A stretch of 64,000 bases of DNA from Botryllus schlosseri (GCA_051294905.1 CM119372.1:21266001-21330000), one strand, 5' to 3'; shown: positions 1 to 11,490, counted from the stretch's first letter. The notes: generated by a model from the sequence alone, not told the origin. Program-made: numbers and translations.

Positions 1-315
1 TGTCCACATTCAAGTCGAAATACAAGCAATTACTACTAAATAAATACAGTTCATCCTCAAAATTACTGGACCACGACTGACCTATCGATCTTGCTTTCCA
101 TGACATTCCGCCCTATTTATTGTCGCTTTCTTTTTTCTATACTATCTTCTTTACTTTCATTCAGTGTGCATGCCTCCTCTTTACATCGCTTCAAAGGCCA
201 AGGTGGGCGTCTGATTCCATAGACAACTCCAAGTCGCTTCGATATATTCCTGTCTTTTCATTGTATCGCATTTTTGTGGTGTATTGAACTGATAAAAAAT
301 CGCTAATAAACAAAT
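1..315 (+). mobile_element. 3' end of a CR1/L2-group LINE (family copy 1, runs off the window's left edge)
   Basis: Opens with the ORF2 C-terminus (STFKSKYKQLLLNKY). It matches the reverse complement of ~5096-5400 closely and 17070-17395 more loosely, through the 3' UTR to an AATAAA/(TGA)-type tail. Probably sits in an intron of the CUSTOS-like gene. Confidence 0.8.
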
Positions 316-901
316 AATGACGATGAATTGAATTCATTTGCTTTAGCTAAGCGAAGCTTGGTCCTACTACTACTACCCAAAATGCTCACTGCACCATTGA
401 GACTAATATACACCGTGGCAGATTATGGTAAATTTGTGGATACTGTAAAATTTACAAATGTATTAATCAAATAACCATGATATATTTAATCTGATAACTT
501 GAGTCTATGTATGTGCCTGTATGGAATCGGTGTCCTGTGCTCACATGTTTTATTTTTTTCATTATTTTATAATAAATTACTTCAACTTCGAAAATCATCG
601 CTGCTCACTTGTTATATTAGGAAAAACGTACCGAGATTCCAGTAGGGTGTATGTGTGCACCTAATGTTATGTATTCATATGTCAGGCATATCTCTCAAAC
701 ACCTGGATGAATGTAATATTATTATTAGAAGACGATACTATTTATATTCTAAACTCTTATTCATATTGTAGGCAACATGAACCTGTAGATAGTATTTTCT
801 GCGCACACGACAAAAAAACACGAGTTGTCAGCCAGAGTTTGAATATTATCCACTGACTAACATACTCAACACCACATCAATATCGTCTAATTATCTCTAA
901 G

Positions 902-1457
902 AGAAAAAGGAACTACCACGCCATCACAGAGATCGGTCACCAATCAAAACCTCGAACCTGGACAACCGCAAAGCAACCAACGATCAGTCTGACTTGAAAG
1001 TAACGCCGGAATTTCAGCAGCACGTTGCCAAGAAGCTCTCCGCACACATAGACCAGTGAGTTGTTTCTATGTAGCGCAGATCTATCTTCATTCTCAGCTG
1101 ATATGAATGTTTATTCAGATTACTTGAATGTGTTGAAGTGGCTTCAAATATGCCGGAACCTAGCATCGGTGGTGGCATTCGGTTACTTTCCGAATCAACA
1201 TCACTTCTCAATGATACCAGTAGCGACCATTCTTCACGCAAGAAAATGAGGACGAATAAAATCAGCAAAAGGAGGTAGTTCTACTTTGACTCGGTAATAC
1301 AATTCAATCGTATAAAAAATTTATTTTTTCCAGGTCATTATCGTCGTCATCTGAGGAAGATTATGATAAATTTGCTTCGGTCTGTGTTTCTGGGCAAAGT
1401 ATCCTTAGCGGTGGAAAAGGCGCGTTTAAAAGAAAATTGGACAAGACAACCTTGTAG
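902..1457 (+). CDS. CUSTOS: CUSTOS (C12orf43)-like protein, 3' part: exons 902-1055, 1119-1274, 1334-1457 (stop TAG); upstream exons not resolved
   Basis: Phase-consistent GT-AG introns of 63 and 59 nt. The spliced peptide contains LKVTPEFQQHVAKKLSAHID, GGIRLL and RRSLSSSSEEDYDKFASVCVSGQSIL. These match recalled human CUSTOS motifs TTPEFRAHVAKKLGALLD, DGFRLF and SSSSEDSDEEWRRCREAAVSASDIL. The 902 acceptor (TAAG) is less certain. Confidence 0.75.
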
Positions 1458-1751
1458 GACAACAGCCTCTCTTTCTTGTAGGAGACGGTGGCATATGTGA
1501 GAATGGCCGCACAGTACACACCGAAGTCAGAAGTTTGCCGTGTTTATTACTACGGATGCACAGTAATTGACTCTGAAAACTGATAGGATGCTAAATCGCA
1601 ACATCACAATAGATTTAGCATATAAGCCACGAACCCGAACGGGCAAGTGACACTCTCGATCAATAGATTCTGTGACTTCGTGTTGTCAAGAGGCGGATAT
1701 TAATATTTCGTTTGCATATGTGACGATGTATTCATTAATCGGCATCATTTT

Positions 1752-3285
1752 TTAATCCGGCTCCTGAATACATTTTTCTACCATTTTGCGAATATTGGGG
1801 TTTTCCATTGCAGCACTAGCTCTCTCCTTGTCGTTCACTTGCTTGTTGACTGTAAATGGAAGCAAGGTGACGTAGTTTTAGGTAATGTTTAGGTAAACCT
1901 AATGAGGTAATATGTGAGGTGAGCAGTGATATTTTCCGAACAAGTCTCAAAATATGAATTTTGCATACCAACTAAGCTAAAATTCACACTCCAATTGTAG
2001 CATGAATGTATTGCAAGATGTTGACCTACCAGAATCTTAAAACATGACCTCTAGTGTTAGACCCATTCATCCATGTTGCAACAGCAACATGGGTGTGTCA
2101 CTGTGTCACACATATTTGGACTGGTATCACTAGTTTTCTCACTGGTGACCTGTCAAGGTCAATCGATGGCTTTTCAGTGATAGTATTATCCTGGGTGTGG
2201 GATTTGGCGATTCCAATCATTGCTGAACGTCACTGGGGGCACCGAGTGGTATAAAGATCGGAACCATTCACCTATATTCTAAAGAATGGGAACTATAGTA
2301 GCATTCCGAGCCTAATCCTCTATTTCGTGAGGTAGCCCATTGAAGTAGGTATAGTGATGATTTGAATACAGTAGCTGACAGAACATTGAAGATGAATATG
2401 CTTACTTTCGTCAACAGTGTTGTGGGTCCCTTTCGCGACATTTATTGATATCTTATGATTGGATGGAAGGTTCCTTTCCAATTTTATTTTCATGCTTAAA
2501 CCGATCAGTGTTGCCAGTGAACAATGAGGTATCGTAGGTCTGCATTGAAATACAACTTGGGTTAATTTTTGCATAATACGCTGTATAGGTCTATCTATAG
2601 ACGGTCAAGTAGTCATTGAGGATACTCAAGTAGAAGTAATGCCATGGATTTCACTCAATTACAAGTAGTAATGACTTTCAAGATATCCAAATCTTGAAGT
2701 AAAGCTAGGTAGCTTTGCTACAAAACTTGCTATAGAAGTGATAGTTGTCTAAAACAAAAATACCCCTTACCTTAGAAAAGGGTGCGAGTAAGTAGACAAA
2801 ATCTATCTGAGTTCTTTAAAAATGTACAAGTACGTCATTACTAACCAACTCTGTCTAATCTCATTAAAAGAATTTGTGAAACGGTATGAAGTAAATGCCT
2901 TACTTGTATTCAATATCAACAATATAATGATCCGTTTCTCTGAGCATCTCCACTTTAACCCCAGCTTCATAGACTATGTCCAAATCTTCTAATGTTCCTG
3001 GTTTCTCAGGATCTTTGATCGTTCGTATGAGGTCTGAATTGTTGTAACATTTGTTTGTAAAATACCTGGGTATGAATTTTAACATTAGTCACGATAAGTG
3101 GAGCTTGGTTATGGATCGGTTTGTTTGGGATGTATTACCATCTGGTTGCAAAAGAAAGCTTGTGCAGAATAGAATAGTACACTAGTACATTCGAACTCGG
3201 TAGTAATATTATCCCTGTTACATACATACGCATTATACACTGTACCATAAATTGTCCCTTTATGTTCTTCCAGATTAAGATCCAT
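1752..3285 (-). CDS. CIAO2A: Cytosolic Fe-S assembly component 2A (FAM96A/MIP18 family), 133 aa; exons 3285-3246, 3033-2904, 2539-2406, 1849-1752
   Basis: Four phase-matched GT-AG exons (40+130+134+98=402 nt) give [31 protein letters not shown]...[15 protein letters not shown]...[45 protein letters not shown] and NKQxNDKER..AAMENP point to the 2A paralogue rather than 2B (DPEHP, NKQLADKER). Confidence 0.93.
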
Positions 3286-3297
3286 TAGACCTAGCAA

Positions 3298-3419
3298 CTG
3301 TACAGAGGATGTAAAGTTAGAAGTTCGTTACTGATAGGTACTATACAGCTACAACAATCCACTCTTCTCTGAACCACAGATCCGATCCAGGTCACGCATA
3401 TAGCAGTTTGACGACTTAC
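3298..3419 (-). other. CIAO2A: Probable 5'-UTR intron of CIAO2A; non-coding first exon above 3419
   Basis: Minus strand has a GTAAGT donor at 3419-3414 and a pyrimidine-rich CTCTGTACAG acceptor ending at 3298, 12 nt upstream of the ATG. The nearest upstream ATG (~3498) is closed by a stop. Confidence 0.6.
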
Positions 3420-3474
3420 AAACCCCAATCGGTCCGAGAGTCCAGTATTTTGTTTACTGTTTACCGGGCAACTC

Positions 3475-3627
3475 TAAACGGCGGACCGAGCGGACCATAA
3501 CAAAACAGCTTAAATCTAGACGGCGGGACAGGCGAAACCAGCAATACTAAACGGCGGACCAAACGGAACTGCGGTCCGAGCGGATCAAAGCTTAGTGGAT
3601 CAAAGACCACGATGTAAACGGCGGACC
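3475..3627. promoter_or_regulatory. Three exact copies of the 13-mer TAAACGGCGGACC upstream of CIAO2A
   Basis: Copies at 3475-3487, 3548-3560 and 3615-3627, plus extra GCGGAC/GCGGTC half-motifs, in a CpG-rich patch next to the 5'-UTR exon. The regulatory role is inferred from position only. Confidence 0.55.
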
Positions 3628-3694
3628 AGTGATCAGGCACATATCACAAATAGTGTCTTTTAATTTTGACAATAAGGAGCATACCGAACATAAG

Positions 3695-3778
3695 GACATA
3701 TTGTCTGGGGTAACTATGAGGTGTCTTCAAGTGTGGCAGCGCAGTACCAACACACTCCAAACATACCCCGGACATGAT
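3695..3778 (+). repeat. Left arm of an 84-bp inverted repeat containing one minisatellite unit
   Basis: Matches the reverse complement of 9256-9315 joined to 7398-7422, with a single 1-bp indel once the hAT insertion and one TSD copy are removed. Confidence 0.9.
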
Positions 3779-3964
3779 CATCATTGGTTGGTTGCCAGTG
3801 AACTCGGCACCTGGTGAACTCGGCACCTTTAACTCGGCACCTGGTGAAATTGGCGCTTGTATTGTGACGCAACAAGGCCGTATGTCGGTGATGGTCTACT
3901 CGGTACATGTATTGCTAATTTGACGGATAGAGGGAATGATTGATATATGCGATGGACATGGACA

Positions 3965-4326
3965 TATGCGTTGAGATTGAAGTGGGGCCGCTACTGGTAG
4001 TCGATCTTTACAACCAGGTAAGTCAAATAGTGCTAATTAATTCGATGTGAGCTATCAGATTTTAACTAAATTTTGTTTGCAGGAAGATGCCGTTGAGATT
4101 GAAGTGGGGCCGCTACCGGTAGCCGATCTTAACAACCAGGTAAGTCGAATAGTGCTAATTAATTCGATATGAGTGATCAGATTTTAACTTCTAATTTTTT
4201 TTGCAGGAAGATGATCTCATTGAGTCGTCGTTATCCGATGTGTCCGCTGCTCAGGTCAACTCTGAAATGTCATGCTCGGACGAGTCAACTAATAAAATAT
4301 TGGAGGGTGTATCGCAAAGAGGATGA
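3965..4326 (+). pseudogene. Spliced acidic C-terminal relic inside the Merlin-like element, with a duplicated exon-intron module
   Basis: Donors CAG|GTAAGT at 4018 and 4140; acceptors TTTGCAG| at 4082 and 4206; phase-0 introns of 65 and 67 nt. The 57-nt exon encodes EDAVEIEVGPLPVADLNNQ; the last exon reads EDDLIESSLSD...QRG* (4207-4326). The frame upstream is broken. Confidence 0.6.
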
Positions 4327-4685
4327 GATATGCTGTTTGACGACTAAAGTCGATCGTTCTTACACCAGGAAGATGAAAAAAAACATGCCTCAATTATTTG
4401 GAGATGCAAGAATCGTGCAAAATATATATATTCTATTTATAGCTTTCAATACAATATCCATTGTAAAATAATATTTATTGAACTCGAAGACTTTTCGGGT
4501 GCCTCTATTCAAGAGTTAACGGCACACAGATTTTATTTATTAGTTGATTAGTTATTGATAAGTTCAACTGTTAGGTTTATTAGAGATTTTATAAGTTCAA
4601 TACAACACAACCATACTGATTTTGTATTAGCTGATTACTTATAGGAAGGTGTGATTTTGTCACAGGTAGCTGGTCAGGCGCAGGT

Positions 4686-4827
4686 TGAAGGGTGACATTA
4701 GGGAAACATCCTGCTAAAAAATATAGTTGAAGGGCGATATTTAATTTATAAGGAGCAAGGTGAAGGGTGACATTAGGGGAACATCCTGCTAACAAAATAT
4801 AGTTAAAGGTCGATATTTAATTTATAA
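4686..4827. repeat. Tandem duplication, two ~66-bp copies with 75-bp period
   Basis: TGAAGGGTGACATTAGGG(A/G)AACATCCTGCTAA...GATATTTAATTTATAA at 4686-4751 and 4761-4827. Confidence 0.85.
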
Positions 4828-5729
4828 TATCCGTTTCTTTGAAGGCAAAAACTGATTGTTTTGGCCTTCATAAGTTTCGATGTGTTCATGGGAAACATTT
4901 ATTGGTGTCATGGGGAACATTGTATTGTCATAAACTTGAAACAATAGAGATCGCACAGCATCTACGGTCAAACGAAGTGCCGAGTTCATCAAGTGCCGAG
5001 TTCACCAAGTGCCGAGTTCAAGGTGCCGAGTTGAAGGTGCCGAGTTGAAGGTGCCGAGTTCACCAGGTGCCGAGTTCACTGGCAACCCATTGGTTAATTA
5101 GCAATTTTATCAGTTCAATACACCACAAAAATGTGATACAATGAAAAGACAGGAAGATGTCGAAGCGACAAGGAGTAGTCTATGGAATCTGACACCCACC
5201 TTGGCCTAGGTGATGTAAAGAGGAGGCATGCACACTGAATGAAAGTAAAGAAGATAGTATAGAAGAAGAATGCGACAAGAAATAGGGCGGCATGTCATGG
5301 GAAGCGAGATCGATAGGTCAGTCGTGGTCCGGTAATCTTGAGGATGGACTGTATTTATTTAGTGGTAATTGCTTGTATTTCGACTTGAATGTGGACATGC
5401 TCGTCGACTGTCGGATGGCCGGCGGGATACTGTTCCACACATCAGGTCCGGCATATTTGATGGAGCGATGATCTTTTCGGTCGATCATATGATATTTGGA
5501 CGACGTGGACGCGCGTGTGTTGTACTTGTGCGCTTTTGATTCAGAGGTAAAGAAGTCATTGAAATATTCGGGGCAACGACCGCAGTGAAACCATCTTATA
5601 AAGGCTATGGTGAAACTGATACATAAACTTGGCGATTTCTAGTTTCCGCATATCTTCTATGTTTAGGACGCCGAATCTCTTCAGCAGCGACTTATTGGAT
5701 GGGCAGCCAGGCCCCTTTGGGACCTAGCT

Positions 5730-6860
5730 TAGGGTTACCATATTTCCGCAACCCAAATTCCGGACACTTTTAGCGCCCACTAGTGGATTTCAAAATGAGT
5801 TATGACGTCACACTAGCAAACCTTTGCTCATAGACCAGAGGTGGTCACGATCCGGTTCACAGGAGTATGTGGCTGTGTGTGTTTTATAATCGGGACCGAA
5901 AGCACATGTTTTCAGCTTCCTCCCGCCCAAATAAACAATGATTTTGAGCCCACACTATAGGGTAATCGATGCAACTTCTGGGTGGGGGGTGCTTGCTATA
6001 TGAATTTAGTTTCTATATGCATCTGGTCGTTGAATTATTTGAATGAATTCTGTCAATAATATTGGTCGTTCCATATATACTATATAGATACTACTCTCCG
6101 ACCACATGATCAGAGTTAGCGGTAGAGCTGGTGGAGGATAATGAGTTCGAAAATACAGGGAACGTAATTGCACATCATTAAGTCATGTTCATGTCCTACC
6201 GATAAGATTGTTTATCAGCCTTATATGCCGGTGCGCACCACGGAGTTTTATAAACACCCCACATCCAGTGGTTTCCAACCTTTTATGGTCGCGACTCCAT
6301 CTCTAATTTGAAAATGTTCCGTGGCCCAGATCAAAATTTGATGAGCTGATTACTAAAAGAAGTCAGCACCTTTGGTCAGACTTACTCACGGGCTAATTTG
6401 GAAGCTGATTACGTTCAACATATTCGCAAACCCCAGAATAAAGGCAAACGACCCCCCTCCCGTTTGGAACCACTCTCTTTGAATGAAGCATTTAAACCGC
6501 CTTAACGATCTCTAGGAATATACCGTTCTCCTATAATTGCGATTACAATTAGGCTTATTCCAGTAAATGAAGGTTGTTTATATTTATATTTTATTGCAGA
6601 TTTTGAAAGGGTGGTAGTCTCCTTAAAAATTCAATAAATGTGACAGTAAATCGCGCGCAGCGCGAAGAACAATATCATGCATCAGCATAAATATTCCTAA
6701 AAAATACTGTTTTTATGCTGATTTACGAAAAAATTATGAGCCTACGTCAAGTCTTCAAAATTCCGGACATTTGGCATATTTTAGAAATTCCTCCCGGACG
6801 CTAGTTTGAATAGTGAAATTCCGGACATGTCCGGGAAATTCCGGACGTATGGCAACCCTA
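5730..6860. mobile_element. Non-autonomous hAT element inserted in LINE copy A
   Basis: TIRs TAGGGTTACCATA and TAGGGTTGCCATA, with subterminal CCGGAC repeats. 8-bp TSD ACCTAGCT/CCCTAGCT (7/8). Removing it restores the LINE frame (RIIARVPKGPG). Confidence 0.85.
6266..6475. mobile_element. Degenerate Charlie-type MITE nested in the 5730-6860 hAT
   Basis: Ends CAGTGGTTTCCAACC and GTTTGGAACCACTC; no clear TSD. Confidence 0.55.
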
Positions 6861-7933
6861 CCCTAGCTATGATTCGGAGCACTTTATGCTGTAGTTTCTG
6901 CAGTGGCTTGAGTGCAGTTTTACTGGCAGCCCCCCAACAGAGGATGCCATAACGTAACTTCGATTGGATTAAGGATTTAAAGAGTATCAGAAGAACCCAT
7001 GCTGGCATGAAGCGCCCAAGGCTGTAGAACAGGCCGCACTTCGGTGATAATTTAGTTTCTAGGGACTGAATATGACTCTTCCAGGACATGTTCGAGTCCA
7101 GTAAAACTCCGAGATATTTGGCATTATCTGTGTTGGAAACGGGCTGACCAGCGATATCAACGGTTAGGTTATTTTTTTGAATTAACTGTCAGCAATTGCG
7201 ATTTCGAGGCGTTTATGCAAAGGTTGTTCTGGGCCGTCCACTCATGGACTTTGGGCATTTGGTCACCAGTCAGGGCATCCAGCTCTGCCGTCGAAGATGC
7301 GGAATAGAGGAGGTGAGTATCATCAGCGAACAGTGTGGTGTTCAATGATGTCCTAAAAATTATTGATATCCGAACTAACCCTAGTTGCAGCCAGGACATC
7401 ATGTCCGGGGTATGTTTGGAGTGTGTTGGTTAGGGTAATGACTAGAAAAAAAATTTCAAAATTTTGTGTGTCCTGTAGTCACAAATGATGAGCTTTTGTG
7501 TCCTGAGTTCAAAACTCACAAAAGTTAAGAGTGTTTGAACGAAAACCTCCCGCACAAAATTTTTCCAGTTTTCACTGTATGGAGGATAGGCATTCTTTTG
7601 TAGATACAGAATAATTTATTTATCGACTGATTTGAATTTAACTGACCCAATTCCAATTGCGAAGATTTAAAATAATATTTTGGTACATTTTGATCGCCCA
7701 GATTGAATTATTCCTATCGTGTTCTTGTTTACAGTCAATATTAAATAATAAATAAATAATTAATAATTCCGATTTTAGATGTAGACTGTATATATCGTAT
7801 CATTTCAATTTGTCTGGCACAAATCAAACTGGGTGTTCGAAAAGGCGATAGTAGAACAACTCTAGGTATTTTCAGCGGTCTAGAAAACCGCTTAGAAGAA
7901 TATGATGTACAGGAAAATTTGAAAATCTCATAT

Positions 7934-8053
7934 ATCATATGTGACACCGTAGCATCTGTTGATACTGGACGGCAGAATGGCGTTGTTTCGAAACTGCGAA
8001 ATGCAATGATGAGCAGGGGTTTTCATATCCCTTGCCAACATCATATTATCGAT
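7934..8053 (+). pseudogene. hAT transposase catalytic-region relic
   Basis: Reads IICDTVASVDTGRQNGVVSKLRNAMMSRGFHIPCQHHIID: a D(T)xxxxxTGxxxGV block followed by the CxxH motif typical of hAT transposases. Flanked by stops and frameshifts. Confidence 0.6.
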
Positions 8054-8451
8054 TCTTAAAGCATATATTAGAGTTCTTCGATCCAACGTCTTCAAGAAAA
8101 CTCTCAGCTACAAATTTGGAGATGATGTGGTAAAACACTACGAAAACTAGGTGCAATCCACCAAGCACGAATTTCAGATGAAAATATTAGAAAACCGAGG
8201 ATGTATAGGGATGATTTTAAGTTTATCTATGGCATGTGCAGAACATGCCGTTCTTTCGAAGAAAATAGTATAGATTACCACTGATCAAATGGCATAAACT
8301 TCCATCTCTACGCAATGCGAGAGGGTGCTCAAGGGTTGCGTTGCGTACTTCCACTTCCCCAGATAGAGAATAACTCTGGAGATGCTTATTTATCGCAAAT
8401 GCGTGTCAGAAAGACTGGTATTCTAACCAGATGTCTAAGGATGGAATATAC

Positions 8452-8877
8452 TAGAGCCCGACCGATTTTATCGGTTCGTCGATAATATCGAGACGATATC
8501 ACACTTTGAAAGAATTATCGGTATCGGTCATTGGAGTTGAACAATTAACGGCAATTTGCGTGTGACGTCACAACATGGCGGAAGGAAGCCAGAAAACTAC
8601 AATCTTTGATCGCTAGACTGAGAATATTGATATAGTTCATATAGCTACACTTTACAGATGTCCAGATGCGGCCTTTCTAGTTCATTTCATGTTCAAGTAT
8701 AACAATTATGGCTGTAAAGATGTTCAAATAAATGCCCTCTGAAGATTTGAAAATGTGCTTATGTATATACATCCAACTTCTTTTGAATATCGGCTGAATG
8801 TATCGGATTATCGGCTAAGGTGTGAGATATTGGTTTTATCGGTATCGACCCAAAAATCCAATATCGTTCGGGCTCTA
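8452..8877. mobile_element. hAT MITE (426 bp) nested in the 7431-9255 hAT
   Basis: TIR TAGAGCCCGA(C/A)CGAT; perfect TSD GAATATAC (8444-8451 and 8878-8885); subterminal TATCGG repeats. Confidence 0.92.
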
Positions 8878-10861
8878 GAATATACCAAAGATCATTTGCT
8901 GCTATCTTTGCGGTCGAATGTCCTGCAGCGATAAAGTGCCTCAAAACCCCATTGGAAGTCGGATATGTCCGTCGTAGATATCCCTGGCACTAACATAATA
9001 ACAGAAAGGGAGGTCAAATTGATGAATGAACTTTACAATAAGTGTGAAAGGACATATATTTGAAGATTAAATTTGTAGCAAAGAATATCTTTGAATTTTA
9101 AATTTTTTCCATATTTGGACCAGTGTCGAGAATTGATGTTAGTGTGTGCGGGACTTTTTTTTCGATTTTAACAAAATGATTATGATTTTATTAATTTATA
9201 CCTAAATGTTCATCAATTCCTGCTACAGGCAACATTTTTTTTAGTCATAACCCTAGTGTTGGTACTGCGCTGCCACACTTAGAAGACACCTCATAGTTAC
9301 CCCAGACAATATGTCAATCGACTTCACGAGGTATACACGAAAAATTGATCGTAAAATCATCACATCACACATTGATATTGTAGATCTACGTGTCGTACAT
9401 GCTGCAGGAGAACCCTGTTATCGTCCAACCATGAAATGTATATCTCGTAACCGAGAGACATCCTGTCCTAGAGTAATTTGCCTCTAGTATAAAACGCCTG
9501 ATTCCAGAGAATCAGTAGACTCATCTGCTAAACCTACTGGTATCAACGTCTGAAATATATTCGCACGTCTTGTGTACTATTGGCGTCTAGATCTCACCAG
9601 GATACAGGATTCCAGGTTAAGTAATCAGCCAGCTAAACCTATACTACTCTGGTTAGCTATACTTCTACTCCCAGGAACAATAACTCTGTATTGTTGCAAT
9701 GCGCAGTACGAGCGAATACGAGAAAAATCATGCAAATTTAACGTTCATTACTCCTGCAACGTACTACTTATAAAGTACAATGCATCAATTGTGGAATCCT
9801 GTAAACGGGACCGGAGTTTGTAACAAATAGTCCACATGCATCGAATGCTCTTTCTGCTTCCACATATGTGGGCTGAATAGTAAACAGCGCTCCTTAGAGA
9901 TTCTATAGGTCGTTTCCCAGAGTCTTCAAAAACTTTACATTCCTTTTGGACCACACTTCTGTTTAGGCTTAGGGTAGCCTACTGGAAGGACAAGTAGCTG
10001 AAACTGGAATTGATGCCGACATGATAGCTTGCTCTAATTACTCCTTGATAAATTCACGTGATCAGGCGCGTAGCCAGCCGAAAACAGGGGGGGGGGAGCG
10101 AAATAAAATGAGGGGGTTTCGATTTTTTTTTCCGAATTAGGTATCAGCGGATAAATCAACTATGCATGCACGCACGCACATGTTTGCGAACATTCGATGT
10201 CATTCAGTTTCGCGATGTCACTCTTTATAATCACAATCGCTAATCAGCGTACCCCGTACACCTCACGGCATATTGTCTCCTAGCCATCGAGAGAATTAGA
10301 GGAGCCAACGCATGCTATGTCCGAGACGCGATAGTTAGGTCAGCGATGATATCTTTCGTACCAGGCCTATTTCAGATGCGATTGTGTAGGCGAGTTGTAT
10401 GCGATGTGTGCGAGTGTGTATATCGTGAGCACCAAGCTAATGCAGATGCGATTGTGCTGGCCAGCAATGGTATAGTGTGCACAGGGCCTATCGCACATGC
10501 GATTATTCAAGCCAGCGGAACTAGGCTTGTTGAAGACTCTATAAATTATGCCAGTGACGACGATAGGCGTTAGCTGAGTACGCGGCGATCAATGAGCTAA
10601 TTTCGCGCTCATCTCAGCGGGAGATCGCGTCATGTTGCTGTTACATCGTGCACAGACTAATCTCGCTAATTGGCAACACGCATCTCGCTAATTGGCCGCG
10701 CGCAACACTAATACGACGTAGGCCTATTGAAACTTGCTACAATGCGTAAAACGCATTAGCAACTGTTTTATCCGATTAACCGGCAGAATTATATCCGGAT
10801 ATCAGATTGAAAAAAGGCTGTTGGTAATTAGTTAACCGGTTATCCGAATAATCCAACCCTA

Positions 10862-11145
10862 GTTGCAACGCAGTACGAACACACCCCAAACATACCCAGA
10901 CATGAAGTCCGGATTGCAATGCAGTACCAAAACACCTCAAACATACCCCGGACATCATGTTGCAACACAGTACCAACACCCCCCAAATATTCCCCAGACA
11001 TGATGTCTGGGTTGCAGCACGACACCGATACACCCCAAACATGATGTCCAGCAGGCTGCAATGCAGTACGATCACACCCCAAACATACCCTAGACATGGT
11101 GTCCGGGTTGCTGCAGTACCAACATACCCCAAACATACCCCGGAC
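10862..11145 (+). repeat. Minisatellite, six diverged ~40-52-bp units with an internal palindrome
   Basis: Consensus approximately GTTGCAA(C/T)GCAGTACCAACACACCCCAAACATACCCCGGACATGATGTCCGG. CCGGACAT-N-ATGTCCGG is an 8-bp-arm palindrome. The same unit occurs at 3735-3778 and 7384-7430. Confidence 0.9.
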
Positions 11146-11490
11146 GCGACGTTTGACTGCGTCGATCACAGTATTATTCTTTCGAAATTGGCGCGCTACG
11201 GGTTCCGGCGTCCACAACTAGAGCTCATGAAAAGCTACCTGACTGGGAGATATCAAATGGTTTCGATATCCAACACTTTGTCCTCCCCCCACCTTGTTAC
11301 ATGTGGTATTCCACAAGGCTCTGTTCTTGGACCTGTCCTTTTTTTCTTTATATGTCAATGATCTTTGAAACCTCATCATTGAATACCACACTCTTCGCTG
11401 ACGATACTCACCTCCTATCTCTCGCACCTACTACCGCAAGCTTGAATGTCGTCACCCGTGATCAAATGCCAAAAGTGCATGAGTGGACGT

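Larger units (their letters stand above)
3790..5087. mobile_element. Non-autonomous TIR DNA transposon, Merlin-like (GG..CC ends, 8-bp TSD)
   Basis: TIR GGTTGCCAGTGAACTCGGCACCT at both ends; perfect TSD CATTGGTT (3782-3789 and 5088-5095). Subterminal GTGCCGAGTT arrays: 3 copies plus 1 degenerate on the left, 7 on the right. The superfamily is inferred from the GG termini and TSD length only. Confidence 0.85.
5096..7372 (-). mobile_element. 5'-truncated CR1/L2-group LINE (copy A), interrupted by a hAT element; tail remnant at 3779-3789
   Basis: Minus-strand RT fragments LNTTLFADDTHLL...KVHEWT, KYLGVLLDSNMSWKSHI and SKLRYGILCWG...LRIIAR. They resume after the insertion as VPKGPGCP...KRFGVLNIEDMRKLEIAKFMYQF, followed by a 3' UTR matching 1-315. 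Frameshifted. Confidence 0.9.
7431..9255 (+). mobile_element. Internally deleted hAT DNA transposon
   Basis: TIRs TAGGGT(A/T)ATGACTA(G/A)AAAAAAAA; perfect 8-bp TSD GTGTTGGT (7423-7430 and 9256-9263); internal transposase relic. Confidence 0.92.
7398..9315 (-). repeat. Right arm of the 84-bp inverted repeat, split into 7398-7430 and 9256-9315 by a hAT insertion
   Basis: Reverse complement of 3695-3778 once 7431-9255 and one TSD copy are removed. Confidence 0.88.

Noticed and set aside
347-427. Phase-compatible candidate upstream CUSTOS exon (KRSLVLLLLPKMLTAPLRLIYTVADY)
   Set aside because: The splice sites are plausible but the peptide does not resemble CUSTOS; it needs cDNA support.
4977-5087. 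Short-repeat arrays (also 10862-11145) as CRISPR
   Set aside because: No unique spacers, eukaryotic context and no cas genes; they are TIR sub-repeats and a minisatellite.
10776-11217. ORFs of 118-134 aa over the minisatellite (also 3644-3908)
   Set aside because: Repetitive peptides arising from a stop-poor tandem repeat; only the portion from 11146 is real RT.
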